64,000 nt of DNA, from IMG/VR virus record IMGVR_UViG_3300042402_003181. One strand, written 5' to 3'. The position numbers and the translations under genes were made by a program. The notes under the pieces were generated by a model. That model did no database searches, was not told the origin of the DNA, and saw only the letters and a list, made by a program, of their open reading frames with translations. Position 1 is the stretch's first letter. The number at the start of each line of letters is the position of its first letter. Shown piece after piece: positions 41,601 through 50,175 of the stretch. The DNA is from a virus.

Positions 41601-43098
41601 GACTAGTGTTGCATATGGAGCAGGTACATGGGTAGCAATTGCAAGTGGTGGCACATCTGCTGCATATTCAATTAATGACGGAACTTCATGGACACCTGCA
41701 GCATTACCAGTTGCTGCAACGTGGAAAAGTGTTACGTATGGTAATGGTAAATTTGTAGCAATTGCAAGTGGAAGTACTATTGCTGCATATTCGTTAAATG
41801 GTATCACATGGTACTCAAGTCAGCCGTTGCCAGCATCGCAAGCATGGACACAAGTAAAATACGGACAAGGTGTATTCTTTGCAGTAGCAACCGGTACTAC
41901 AACTATTGCTGCATCGTCAGAAGATGGAATTGCATGGATTAGCAGAACGTTATTAACATCAACATCTTGGCCTACTGTATCATTTGGTAATCCAAATAGT
42001 ACTCCAATTTGGGCAGCGTTATCAAGTGCAACTACGACTGCTAACAATATTGTTACTGGTGCAACGGCTCAAGGTCGTGTTAAAGTATCGTCAGGTTCTA
42101 TATCAGAATTTAGAATTGTTGAACCTGGAAGCGGTTACAATGCAATACCAATTGTAACTGTAACTGACTCAAACGTAACCGCTCCATTTACATGGCAAGT
42201 AAGAACAGGGGTAGGTGTATTAGCAAACCCGACATTTAATAATAGAGGAACCCAGTATTCAGTTGCATCTGCAAGCGTAATTGGTAACGGATATGCTGAT
42301 ATGTTCCAACCAGGAAATTATGTTAATATTTCAGGTTTAGCATCAGCTCCAATTCCAGGTTCAAATGTTGTATTTACTGGGGATCCAACTTATTATAAAT
42401 TGGTTGCAGTATTGAATTATATGGGGACTGGCGGAGGGCAATCCCCATATAACGCCACACTACAGCTAAGTCCTGCAGTACCAATTGCAAATGCGCCAGC
42501 ACACGGAGTTATTGCAACTATGCGAATTCAATATAGTCAAGTTCGATTAACAGGACACGACTTTTTAAATATTGGAACTGGTAATTTTCCAAGCACTAAC
42601 TTCCCTGGTGCACCTGCATTAGCAGTTGATTCAGAAAAACAAACTGTGGCATTTGGCGGCGGACGGGTATTCTATACAAGCACTGACCAAGATGGTAACT
42701 TTACGGTAGGTAATTTGTTCTCAGTACAACAATCAACTGGTGTTGCAACATTGAATGCAGATGCATTTAACATCGCAGGGTTAAATCAGTTAACATTAGG
42801 TTCAGTAACATTAGGCGGCACAAGTGCTACTATTACTTCATTTTCAACTGATCCGTATTTTACAGCAAATAGCGATAATGTAATACCAACACAAAAAGCT
42901 ATTAAATCATATATTAGTAGCCAAATCGGTGGAGGTGGTAGTTCTCTGAACGTAAATACAATAACCGCAGGTGTTGTGTATATTGCAGGCAACACTATTT
43001 CAACAACAACGGGTGTACAGATCAATGTAGCAAACACTATGAATTTCATAGGCGGTGTATCTGGATCACCGCTAGCAATGAACTTCTTATTATCTTAA
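35605..43098 (+). CDS. Giant virion structural protein (2,497 aa)
   Basis: Same architecture as the 29802 gene, plus four CxRD helical repeats (Cys codons 37573, 38437, 38926 and 39556). Confidence 0.85.
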   Translation: MAEFKLGRIRFIWKDEWTPSTSYLRDDVVRNGGKAYVCIAGHTSSVLFTTDLTGIPTKWNQVSDGTTWRSNWTVNTYYNLNDLVKYGGIVYICNNSHNSAATLVLGLEANQSNWTLYATSFDWKSTWTVSTRYKKNDVVKYSGRNYVCNAGHTSAATSALGLENDQGKWDLFTDGFTWLTDWTVSTRYKVNDVVKYGGQTYVCNAGHTSAATATLGLENDQGKWDYFHKGVNYLGQWSGSSVRYTVNDLVNYGADVWICTTYHTSSTLFEESNWARFVEGLTYEDSWDNATLYQPGDIVGYGGYSYISKTNNSNKTPTANASDWSLFTTGFSFIGDWASGQSYLVGDVLRNGAYTYVVTADHTSASNNQPPNVTYWSRLNSGVKWANTNKTYTALAGTNITAAGSSATFDVSTIGTSYTVTKNAGGTGYAANTTIKILGTQVGGLSPFNDVLITVATVSGNAIATITATGYAATWDTSVNYVLGDTISVGPNSYICILAHTSASGNRPDVDVSGQYWNVIAAGAQDSVLTTAGDIPYMSQSGPTRLAIGDPGQVLKVSPTLLPSWGYFGVIDQIYYVGQTGLNNPAPSYGATLDRPWLTVRYAAEQVTNGPLNPNAKYFLTNNRAYIQKEVIGWINSQITNNTLPFTSAFTYNESKCERDIGYVVDALAYDLSHGGNAKVVEVAQSYVSGSYTVLGTQSSQDVAGYNYMLSVINSVIASTSPNTSYQATVTRVSNNLKPVEPGVVTLLSNLVGVITAAITAGVSTNIPAVVSTTYSIFVKTGIYYETLPIIVPDNTSIIGDELRSTNIRPSPSLIASNDIAKSISAVTYIQSITSDIISNTTVASPYQVTVSQDVHLPAGSVGSTSAVTAVSENADVMYTILNGGTVSAPPYTYTDPTSYNTGFLNARRLINANKQFLKDEVTAFMVLNYSSIWTMLGPAGQASCTRDIGYIVDAVYYDLTYGTTLIPCNLATTIVARSYYSNNNFVELITEKPAALAVQDRIKTIIASIAQGTAITRTTGNTTTQDVSGSGGSTNAGTFAQDRIQEIYNTINTGITPTLLAPTTSWVASGLVAANTALQAAKSQIQLDCLAYVKAHNATLLFNQTTCSRDVGYMIDAIGYDMMFGSNFLSCQTGMSYYRAVASAQIVLSGQKSATLGMITFLKYTAKYIAASGSAALANALWTDVIANMSGTSVPNAGSNFTNASNDAINGAYQLLANADFLAAESVAYINTFNTTVTASSTTTFTCTSTSWMVAGDKITFTGSIFGGINLSVNYYIHTVVNGVSFKISSTVGGSAETLTTGTGSMIVSYVYDPISCARDMKILVTSVANDIINIGNYSSQWSAACYSTAVSGSLLSDMFYVRNSTGIRNLTVQGLTGTLGPVNSYGTKRPTAGAYVSLDPGWGPNDRRTWITSRSPYIQNVTTFGTGCIGLKIDGTIHSGGNRSVVANDFTQILSDGIGVWCTGSQSLTELVSVFSYYGYMGYLAENGGKIRATNGNSSYGTYGTVAEGVDIYETPLIATVNNYANQALITNVITNAVDRIYRVEFLNAGTKYNTATFSFSGTGYGAVSVANEFRDNAVFETKLLSNGENYVTSANTGQSGNTTSITIAAVDLAINSTYIGMSIQITSGLGTGQYGYIVRYNSGSKVAMVAKESFSAIVATGTTVTSNLITVPSTATLYVNMPVIFTGTAIGGLAVGTVYYVISTGFTSTQFSVSTSVGGSAVTLSTITASTMTLNAAGWDHVVSGTPILAALDTTSSYIIEPRVQFASPGYSATSVTQQNAAWIDSIYGDINTTYTAVSPTGGAGTSATFNIVKTGVSYAVTLNAGGINYVKDNVLTILGTSLGGAAPLNNLTITVNNVVNGVISNFTYNGLGAGGNYVAIAGSGTLTQYSVDGTNWVTGGALPVSSSWTAVTYGTLSGVGTWVAVQNGSLNTAKSVDGGATWSSAGSLSTTGNWSDVAYGNNRYIAVLSGSATANITSNATVWTSTGALPTPTTWTSVAYGAGTWVAIASGGTSAAYSINDGTSWTPAALPVAATWKSVTYGNGKFVAIASGSTIAAYSLNGITWYSSQPLPASQAWTQVKYGQGVFFAVATGTTTIAASSEDGIAWISRTLLTSTSWPTVSFGNPNSTPIWAALSSATTTANNIVTGATAQGRVKVSSGSISEFRIVEPGSGYNAIPIVTVTDSNVTAPFTWQVRTGVGVLANPTFNNRGTQYSVASASVIGNGYADMFQPGNYVNISGLASAPIPGSNVVFTGDPTYYKLVAVLNYMGTGGGQSPYNATLQLSPAVPIANAPAHGVIATMRIQYSQVRLTGHDFLNIGTGNFPSTNFPGAPALAVDSEKQTVAFGGGRVFYTSTDQDGNFTVGNLFSVQQSTGVATLNADAFNIAGLNQLTLGSVTLGGTSATITSFSTDPYFTANSDNVIPTQKAIKSYISSQIGGGGSSLNVNTITAGVVYIAGNTISTTTGVQINVANTMNFIGGVSGSPLAMNFLLS
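35983..36279 (+). repeat. Near-identical tandem duplication with 165-bp period in the CBM-like repeat region
   Basis: 35983-36114 and 36148-36279 share long identical DNA runs, e.g. TATGTGTGTAATGCTGGTCATACTTCTGCAGCAAC and GGTCTTGAAAATGATCAAGGTAAATGGGAT. Confidence 0.9.
37440..39670 (+). repeat. Four phycobiliprotein-like CxRD helical repeats
   Basis: KCERDIGYVVDALAYDLSHGGN, SCTRDIGYIVDAVYYDLTYG, TCSRDVGYMIDAIGYDMMFGSN and SCARDMKILVTSVANDIINIGN. Confidence 0.7.
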
Positions 43099-43113
43099 CA
43101 AGGAAAAACAAAT

Positions 43114-43437
43114 ATGGCAACAGGAAGATTAGGCGCAGTGAATCTTGTAGCAGGAACAGATACGTTATTGTATACTGTTCCTGCTGGGACTTTCACAGTA
43201 GCAACAGTATCGATAGTAAATAGAAGTAACGTTTCGGTTACTGTGAGAATTGGTTTATCTACATCAACAACAACAATCGGTGCTTCTGAATTTATTGAGT
43301 ATGACACTGAATTGCTACCAAAGGGTGTACTTGAACGAACAGGGTTAGTACTTGATGCAACTAAAACTATTTTAGTTAGATCAAGTACAGCAAACGTAAA
43401 TGCAGTTGCATACGGAATTGAGACCCCAACGTCATAA
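43114..43437 (+). CDS. Small virion structural protein (107 aa)
   Basis: AAGGA RBS; beta-sandwich-like pattern LYTVPAG..TV...I.N; resembles the 29067 protein. Confidence 0.75.
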   Translation: MATGRLGAVNLVAGTDTLLYTVPAGTFTVATVSIVNRSNVSVTVRIGLSTSTTTIGASEFIEYDTELLPKGVLERTGLVLDATKTILVRSSTANVNAVAYGIETPTS

Positions 43438-43440
43438 ATA
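43433..43440 (+). promoter_or_regulatory. Late promoter-like element (CATAAATA)
   Basis: Overlaps the stop of the 43114 gene and lies upstream of the Cys-rich cluster. Confidence 0.5.
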
Positions 43441-43459
43441 CACTAACGAGGACATTTAA

Positions 43460-43786
43460 ATGGGAAGATATATAACAACAACAGGGACCGCAGGTGCAGT
43501 AAATAGATCAGTAAGTACTACATACACTGCACAGGTAAATGATAGAATTATCTGTACAGCCGGCGGTTTTACAATTACATTACCAAATAGTGCAACTTGC
43601 ATTGATGGTGATACAATTCAAATACTCGATGTTACTGGAGTATTTGGATCAAGTAACGTTACTGTAGCACGAAGCGGTGCTGCAAATATACAAAATTTAG
43701 CAGAAAATTTAATATTAAACATTAATAATGCATCCATTACACTACTTTATACAGTATCAAATGGTTGGATTATTGCTGGCAAGTAA
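43460..43786 (+). CDS. Single gp9/gp10-like beta domain protein (108 aa)
   Basis: TAGGFTITLPNS...DGDTIQILDVTGVFGSSNVTV, homologous to a segment of the 3205 protein; GAGGA RBS. Confidence 0.7.
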   Translation: MGRYITTTGTAGAVNRSVSTTYTAQVNDRIICTAGGFTITLPNSATCIDGDTIQILDVTGVFGSSNVTVARSGAANIQNLAENLILNINNASITLLYTVSNGWIIAGK

Positions 43787-43796
43787 GGAGCAGTGA

Positions 43797-44573
43797 ATGG
43801 CAAATTTACGAGATTTATCGTTAATTGTTCCACCAGTTTTTGCATCGTATGCGCCTAAACAATTAATGATTATGAACGGCAGAGAAGGGGTTGGTGTTAC
43901 AACCGGAAACACTTGCTGTTGCTGGATAGTGCCGTCAGGTACAACTTGGGCTACATTTGAAGTATACGGGTCCGGCGGAGACGGCGCTGGTGGGTGTTGT
44001 TGTATGGGATCATGCATGGCATCCGGCAATGGTATGTACGTAGTAAAAACTATTCAAACATGCGGCTGCGCATTTTATAATATTTGTGTTGGTATGTCAG
44101 GTTGTTGTTCACCAAACTGTTGCGGCACATGTGGGTTTCCTAGTTATGTTACAAACACTGCAGGTTCTATGGTTGCGTGTGCTAGTGGAGGAGTAGGCGG
44201 TACTACCGGTTGTTGGATGATGTCACAAGCAAGCTATCAAGGAATTAACTGTGGTGGTAGAGTTTGCGGGTGTTGTGGTCTTGGAGATATGCAATATCCA
44301 AGTATGACTCAAGGATCCAAACATAGTAGCTATTGTGCAAACCATAATTTTCCATTTTTGTCGGGTACTTATCAATATGCACCAAATACTAGACACGGGC
44401 AAGATGACTGTTCGGTTGGGTATGCAGGATCAGGTTGTATGAAATGGTGTGCATCACCGTCTAATGCAACATCATGGCCCGGCGGCGGCGGTGCAAACGG
44501 TCTCGGATGTGGTGGCGCTTGTTGTTGGGGAAGTTGGGGTACACCTGGAATGGTTTTAATTACATACGGATAA
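43797..44573 (+). CDS. Cys-rich Gly-rich-domain adhesin-like protein A (28 Cys in 258 aa)
   Basis: Scaffold CCCWIVPSGTTWATFEVYGSGG ... GTPGMVLITYG with CC and CCC clusters. Confidence 0.8.
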   Translation: MANLRDLSLIVPPVFASYAPKQLMIMNGREGVGVTTGNTCCCWIVPSGTTWATFEVYGSGGDGAGGCCCMGSCMASGNGMYVVKTIQTCGCAFYNICVGMSGCCSPNCCGTCGFPSYVTNTAGSMVACASGGVGGTTGCWMMSQASYQGINCGGRVCGCCGLGDMQYPSMTQGSKHSSYCANHNFPFLSGTYQYAPNTRHGQDDCSVGYAGSGCMKWCASPSNATSWPGGGGANGLGCGGACCWGSWGTPGMVLITYG

Positions 44574-44585
44574 AGAGGATATAGT

Positions 44586-45260
44586 ATGGCAGAAAATACA
44601 AATATAGAAAAAACGTTTACATATGATATTGCCGACCAATATTTATACCAAACAAATAAATTAAAAAGAAAAGCAGAATGGACGTATAAAGGTCCTGACA
44701 AGCTTTGGATTTTTATTGACAGTTCTACTAATAAAATTAGTAGTAGATTTCATTATACTGAACGAGATGAGGGTGCAGATGTACCTACCCCAGACGGACA
44801 AATTAAAGTGTTAGTAGATGCAACAGTAAATCCAGATATTGCAAGTTTAATTCATAACGAATGGGATTACGGATCATTGCCGCATACTACCGAAGAATTA
44901 CCTAACGGTGCAGTGTATGGTCATCCGGATCCGATTCCGCCTGATCATACATACGAGTTAACTGAAATTACGTATGATACTAAAAAAAGTAAATTTGTTA
45001 AACCGTATCCATGGAAACAACCACATGTATCGTGGGATGACATTAGTGATCAACGTAATAATTGCTTATCATGGTCAGATCTTCAATATGTACAAGCACC
45101 TGAAAATAAAAAAATTGAATGGGAAGAATTTCGTCAAACGTTAAGAGACTTGCCAACAGTGTTTAAAGATATTGATCCATGGAAAGTTCCATTTCCACAT
45201 CATCCGGGATCAGAGCCTCCTGTTTTTAGAGTTGGAGAACCAACTACTGGGAGTACATAA
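44586..45260 (+). CDS. Tail-assembly-chaperone-like protein 1
   Basis: The C-terminal WDDISDQRNNCLSWSD...WEEFRQTLRDLP matches the phage tail assembly chaperone pattern; paralog of the 46767 gene. Confidence 0.75.
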   Translation: MAENTNIEKTFTYDIADQYLYQTNKLKRKAEWTYKGPDKLWIFIDSSTNKISSRFHYTERDEGADVPTPDGQIKVLVDATVNPDIASLIHNEWDYGSLPHTTEELPNGAVYGHPDPIPPDHTYELTEITYDTKKSKFVKPYPWKQPHVSWDDISDQRNNCLSWSDLQYVQAPENKKIEWEEFRQTLRDLPTVFKDIDPWKVPFPHHPGSEPPVFRVGEPTTGST

Positions 45261-46021
45261 TGGCAAGTTTAACTACATTATTTCCCGATAGTAGGTATTC
45301 TATTTCAATTGGTGGTGTAACACAGTTATCTGTATTGTATGTGTACAATACTAATACAACATCTGTTACAAACGGTGGCATTTGTTGCGGATGGACAGTG
45401 CCCACAGGCGCTACGTGGGCACTGTTTGACGTATGGGGAGGCGGCGGCAGCGGCGCCGGGGCATGTTGTTGTCAACAGCCTTTTCAAGCAGGAGCATCGG
45501 GATCATATACAAGAAAATATACTCGAGTAAATCCTGGTGAGGTTTATACAATCTGTGCAGCCGGATCTGGATGTTGTTCAACAACGTGTTGTGGCGTATG
45601 TGGGTATCCGTCGTACGTATGTAATGCATCTGCAACGTATCCAGTATGTTTGTGTGCAAGCGGCGGATGTGGTGGTCAGTCTCAGTGCTTTATAGCTAAT
45701 GGAGGATGCTATCCATCATTAAGTTGTGTAACTGGTACAACGTGCGGCGGCTCATTAAGTATGTGTGGACATTTTGCAAGCGACCACGGCGGAGGTTCAT
45801 GTGCATTTGAGCACTGGCATTATGTTCCAGGTGCTCCTTATAAATCAAGCGGTGTTCGAGTGTCACGTGACAGCTGCGGTCTGCTTAGTGGATGTCAGAT
45901 GATGGGAGACACTCCTCCATTATTTCCAGCCGGCGCTGGAGCAACTTCATCAGTACATGGTGGCGCCTGTTGTTGGGGACAATGGGGAGCCGGTGGCATG
46001 ATAAAAATAACATACAGATAA
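45260..46021 (+). CDS. Cys-rich Gly-rich-domain adhesin-like protein B (25 Cys in 253 aa)
   Basis: CCGWTVPTGATWALFDVWGGGGSGAGACCC ... ACCWGQWGAGGMIKITY; translationally coupled (TAATG). Confidence 0.8.
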   Translation: MASLTTLFPDSRYSISIGGVTQLSVLYVYNTNTTSVTNGGICCGWTVPTGATWALFDVWGGGGSGAGACCCQQPFQAGASGSYTRKYTRVNPGEVYTICAAGSGCCSTTCCGVCGYPSYVCNASATYPVCLCASGGCGGQSQCFIANGGCYPSLSCVTGTTCGGSLSMCGHFASDHGGGSCAFEHWHYVPGAPYKSSGVRVSRDSCGLLSGCQMMGDTPPLFPAGAGATSSVHGGACCWGQWGAGGMIKITYR

Positions 46022-46030
46022 AGGAATAAT

Positions 46031-46762
46031 ATGTCAAATTTAAGATCACTAGCATATACTGCAACAACTACCCTTGTACCAAATTACCCAATTGAACTAT
46101 TAGTGTATAATACATCAATGTCAGGGGCAAATGGCGGATGCTGCTGTTTATGGACAGCACCAGCTGGTACTACTAATATAATATTTGAATTATGGGGTGG
46201 AGGAGGCGGTGGCGGTATGGCATGTTGTTGTCAATACGGACCAGGCGGTGGCGCCGGTGGGTATGCGAAAAAAACAATTTCTGGTAAGTTAGCCGGTTGC
46301 CAATATACTATATGCGCTGCTAGCAGTACCGGATGTTCTCAATCACTAACAGGTTGTACTGGATCAACTTCGTATGTGACAGGATACGGCTTATCAAATT
46401 TCTGCGGTGCAGGGGGTAGCGGCGGATGTACACAATGTTTTGCATTTGGAAGTTGTTATATTTGTAATGTATCCGGATGTTGTGCAATAGCAACTGGTGG
46501 AGATGTGTGTGCTGCTGGTTATACTGGTTCGGCAATACAAAATACATTTTGTTATTTCAAATCACAGCAATTTTCTGCTCTTGCGGCATCAACCGGATCC
46601 GGTGCGTGGGCAGGACCGGGAGGTTGCGGACCAATGGGGGGTGGTGGCACATGGACTCCGTATTTTCCAGGCGGCGGCGGATGGAACGCAAATGTTTCTG
46701 GAAACGTTTGCTGTTACGGCGGATGGGGCGCAGGCGGGCTAGTATCAATTACTTACGGATAA
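46031..46762 (+). CDS. Cys-rich Gly-rich-domain adhesin-like protein C (22 Cys in 243 aa)
   Basis: CCCLWTAPAGTTNIIFELWGGGGGGGMACCC ... VCCYGGWGAGGLVSITYG. Confidence 0.8.
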   Translation: MSNLRSLAYTATTTLVPNYPIELLVYNTSMSGANGGCCCLWTAPAGTTNIIFELWGGGGGGGMACCCQYGPGGGAGGYAKKTISGKLAGCQYTICAASSTGCSQSLTGCTGSTSYVTGYGLSNFCGAGGSGGCTQCFAFGSCYICNVSGCCAIATGGDVCAAGYTGSAIQNTFCYFKSQQFSALAASTGSGAWAGPGGCGPMGGGGTWTPYFPGGGGWNANVSGNVCCYGGWGAGGLVSITYG

Positions 46763-46766
46763 TAAT

Positions 46767-47414
46767 ATGAATAAAATTACACATACATTTACATACGACT
46801 TACCGGATGATTACTTAGCACAAACTAATATACTCGGTAAAGTTGCAACTTGGACATATAATGGTCCAGATAAAATTTGGATTTTTTTAGACAAAGAAAC
46901 TAATAAAATTGTTGGAAATTTTTTAACTGAAGATGATAAAGGCGGAGAAATACCAGTTCCATTAGATCAATATCGAATAGAAATTGATCCTACAGTTGAT
47001 CCAATTATAGCAACATTAGTTGGTGCAGATGAACTGCCCGATTATGCAACTTTAGAACAATATACCGAAGAATTGCCGTGTGGTAATACGTATACTCGTC
47101 CATTATGTCCACCACCTGACCATACATATGAATTATTAGACATTACGTACGATGTTGAAAATTCTACGTTTGTAACTCCACTTCCGTGGAAACAACCACA
47201 TATAACATGGGATGGTATTAGACAATGGCGGAATCATTTATTAGATGGTTCTGATTATAATGAATTGCCAGATATGCCAGCTGCGGTGTTATCTAACTGG
47301 GTAGCGTATCGACAAGGATTGCGTGATTTACCGCAAACATACGGTGCGTCAAGTGGTTCAACTATTCCACCGGTTGATCCGTGGAAAATCCAACCAATTA
47401 ATCCACCAAATTAA
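46767..47414 (+). CDS. Tail-assembly-chaperone-like protein 2
   Basis: WDGIRQWRNHLLDGSD...WVAYRQGLRDLP; shares TFTYD, WTY.GPDK.WIF.D, PPDHTYE and PWKQPH with the 44586 protein. Confidence 0.75.
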   Translation: MNKITHTFTYDLPDDYLAQTNILGKVATWTYNGPDKIWIFLDKETNKIVGNFLTEDDKGGEIPVPLDQYRIEIDPTVDPIIATLVGADELPDYATLEQYTEELPCGNTYTRPLCPPPDHTYELLDITYDVENSTFVTPLPWKQPHITWDGIRQWRNHLLDGSDYNELPDMPAAVLSNWVAYRQGLRDLPQTYGASSGSTIPPVDPWKIQPINPPN

Positions 47415-47422
47415 CAGTCATT

Positions 47423-47449
47423 AAAAAAGGAGCTAATAGCTCCTTTTTT
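47423..47449. terminator. Bidirectional intrinsic terminator between convergent operons
   Basis: Perfect inverted repeat AAAAAAGGAGCT-AAT-AGCTCCTTTTTT, giving a U run on both strands. Confidence 0.9.
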
Positions 47450-47450
47450 A

Positions 47451-49253
47451 TTAGTTAGCAACTTTGATTATTTTTTGTAATTCTGGAAGATAAACATATT
47501 CAATTTTACTATGGTATAACGTATGCACTGCATCGTCTAAAGTTTCTACTAAGGGATCTCCACCTAGATTAAAACTAGTGTTAAATAATATTGGAACTCC
47601 TGTCTTTTCATAAAAGTCATTAATTAAATTGTAATAATGATAATTTTGTTCAGAAGTTACTGTTTGAATTCTGCAAGTATCATCAACATGAATAATACTT
47701 GGAATTTTTTCTTTAACACCCGGTTGGCAATTTACAGCATACATCATATAAGGACTGTCTTCCATTCCTTTTAAATCAAACCATTCATGAACATGCTCTT
47801 GTAAGATTGAACCGGCAAACGGTCTAAAGTATTCTCTGTTTTTAATTTGATTAACAAAGTCTTTTCCATCTTCATATGTTGGATTAAACATTAATGATCT
47901 GTTACCTAATGCACGAGGTCCATTTTCAGATCTTCCTTGGAACATTGCAACGATATTTTTATTTAAAAGCAAATCAACTACTGTACTATTATCGGCATCT
48001 AATATTTCAGCTCCATACCAGTTAACATATTTTTGCAAATCGTCATCTGTATAATTGTATTCAAATCCAAGATATAATCTGTTTTTAGTATGATCAACAT
48101 GCATGTGAGGATATTTTCTGTTAAACACTAATAATGCTGCACCTATTGCAGTTCCTGCATCATTACTAATTGGTTCAACATATAATTTAATACCTTCTTC
48201 TGCTAATTGGTCTAAGTATGAATAATTTGCTACGCAATTTAATCCATAACCCCCACTTAACACTACTTGCTTTTGACCAGTTTTCTTAACAGCTGATCGA
48301 ATTAAATCTAATACTTGCTGTTGTGTTTCAGACTGGCATGCCCATGCTAAATCTCTTCTATTATCATTTAATGTAACATCAGTTTCTGGCAAATCATTAA
48401 GATAATCGTACAACATATAGTTTACAGATGCGCCATTTGGATATGTTGGAACAATAATATTTCTATTTGCTAATGCTGCAATAGAAGTATCATCAAATAA
48501 TTTAGGAATTTTATCAGTTGCTTTACCATACGGAGCTAATCCCATAGTTTTACCAGCTTCAATAGATGACCATCCGCAATATTGTGTTACTGCTTCATAA
48601 ACTTTTGTAATGCCTGCTCGATCAGTAATTAATGCTTCATGGGTAGATTCCGGTTCTTCATACATTCCGCTATCAAACTCTGTAACTAATGCACCTGGTA
48701 ACGGACCTCTAACACCAATATGTTTATACACAGTTTTAAACCATGTAGGATATGCACAGTCAAAAACTGATTCAGTTTCCCAACCAGTCATTTGTTCACC
48801 ATTGTTTGAAGTTAATGTAATAAACGTACCTGCACCGTCTACAATTACTGCAGTTGCTTCTCTAAATCCAGATCTATAAAATGCACATGCAGCATGCAAT
48901 TTATGATGATAATGACTTAGATCAATCACTTGAGGGTGTTGATACATATTCTCAGTACGACTAATTAATCCTAACTTTCTTGCAAGACCAGTATAAATAT
49001 CTTCACCAGTAAAATCAACTCTTCCAGCAGTATCTGATAATTTTTGAGTATGTGCAATTACAATAAAATCTAATCTATCGGTATAATCTAAAATTTTTAA
49101 AAATGCAGCAAACGGCCCGCCGTCATACTTATTACGACTAACTCGTTCTTCTTCAATACTAAAAACAATTTCACCGTTTTTAGTTAAGCATACACTACTA
49201 TTATGTCCTCTAGCGATGCCTGCAATCCAAATATCTTTGTTTATTAAATTCAT
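47451..49253 (-). CDS. Carbamoyltransferase, CmcH/NodU/TobZ family
   Basis: N-terminal GHNSSVCL...EEERVSRNK, HHKLHA, VDGAG, GKTMGLAPYG, LSGGYGLNCVAN and DAGTAIGAA; C-terminal QGRSENGPRALGNRS, KNREYFRPFA and NTSFN. Confidence 0.95.
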   Translation of the reverse strand: MNLINKDIWIAGIARGHNSSVCLTKNGEIVFSIEEERVSRNKYDGGPFAAFLKILDYTDRLDFIVIAHTQKLSDTAGRVDFTGEDIYTGLARKLGLISRTENMYQHPQVIDLSHYHHKLHAACAFYRSGFREATAVIVDGAGTFITLTSNNGEQMTGWETESVFDCAYPTWFKTVYKHIGVRGPLPGALVTEFDSGMYEEPESTHEALITDRAGITKVYEAVTQYCGWSSIEAGKTMGLAPYGKATDKIPKLFDDTSIAALANRNIIVPTYPNGASVNYMLYDYLNDLPETDVTLNDNRRDLAWACQSETQQQVLDLIRSAVKKTGQKQVVLSGGYGLNCVANYSYLDQLAEEGIKLYVEPISNDAGTAIGAALLVFNRKYPHMHVDHTKNRLYLGFEYNYTDDDLQKYVNWYGAEILDADNSTVVDLLLNKNIVAMFQGRSENGPRALGNRSLMFNPTYEDGKDFVNQIKNREYFRPFAGSILQEHVHEWFDLKGMEDSPYMMYAVNCQPGVKEKIPSIIHVDDTCRIQTVTSEQNYHYYNLINDFYEKTGVPILFNTSFNLGGDPLVETLDDAVHTLYHSKIEYVYLPELQKIIKVAN

Positions 49254-49256
49254 TTT

Positions 49257-50174
49257 TTAAAATCCTTGCGGTGATCCGGGCCACGTTAATTTAGCAGCTT
49301 CGGGTGGAAATTTTTCTTTATTTGCAAGTGAAAAATCAAATGCATATCGATTAGTTCTATATTTTTGGTGTTGCTGATCAATGTAGTCAACTAATAAACC
49401 TACAGAATTAAAAAAGTTTTCTGATAACGATATTTTTTCTGATAATTCACTTTTTAACCATAACAAATGTTGCCTTGCTGACGGGTGTAAGTCAGGAAAT
49501 TTAGAACCATCGGATGCAACGAACTCATAAGTTAATTCTAAGCAGGTTTGACAAAATTCTTCAAATGGCATTAACCAATGATCTTTGTGATCTTCCCATA
49601 TTGGTTTTTCATATACCTGTAAATCAGGTAAAATTGCCCATCCAACGTACCCTGTTGCATGTTTAAGAGCGTTTTTAGTTAACTCAGTTTTTTCACCATA
49701 ATCTTCTTTATCTCTCATATTAGAACCTAAATTACGAATATCACTAATACTTGTCATATACCATTGGCATCCTGTTGATTTTAGTAACCCTTGAGTCATT
49801 GAAATAAAGTTTAAAGTATGCATAAAATATGCAGGTTCGTAAAAAAACGTGTTAACCCATTTTTTATCATATAATTTTACATTATGATAATTGAAGATAC
49901 TACCGTATGTTTTCCAGCCGTCAACTCGTTCTGGCATACTTTCTTGATGCCACCAATCGTTTCTTAAATGAGATGACCATTGGACAATTACAATATCATC
50001 TTTTGTAAATTGAAATTTAGCATTTGCTTCTGAAATTCGTTCAGCAATTGCTTGGTTTCCAATACCGGATAACCCCCAATTATGCACTTCGTCAAATTCT
50101 AAGTCTAAAAAATTAGCCCATGTAGGCCAGGAGTAGCAAGTATAACTACATCCAAATGCAAATATTCTTTTCAT
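49257..50174 (-). CDS. SGNH/GDSL-like hydrolase or acyltransferase (305 aa)
   Basis: Block I-like FGCS, SGIGN, IVQWS and C-terminal DLHP. The start is taken at ATG 50174, coupled to the upstream stop. Confidence 0.6.
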   Translation of the reverse strand: MKRIFAFGCSYTCYSWPTWANFLDLEFDEVHNWGLSGIGNQAIAERISEANAKFQFTKDDIVIVQWSSHLRNDWWHQESMPERVDGWKTYGSIFNYHNVKLYDKKWVNTFFYEPAYFMHTLNFISMTQGLLKSTGCQWYMTSISDIRNLGSNMRDKEDYGEKTELTKNALKHATGYVGWAILPDLQVYEKPIWEDHKDHWLMPFEEFCQTCLELTYEFVASDGSKFPDLHPSARQHLLWLKSELSEKISLSENFFNSVGLLVDYIDQQHQKYRTNRYAFDFSLANKEKFPPEAAKLTWPGSPQGF

Positions 50175-50175
50175 A

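Noticed and set aside
43797-46762. Cys-rich proteins as c-type cytochromes or RiPP precursors
   Set aside because: There is no CxxCH motif, no leader/core layout and no radical SAM or YcaO enzyme nearby; they carry a phage Gly-rich adhesin scaffold.
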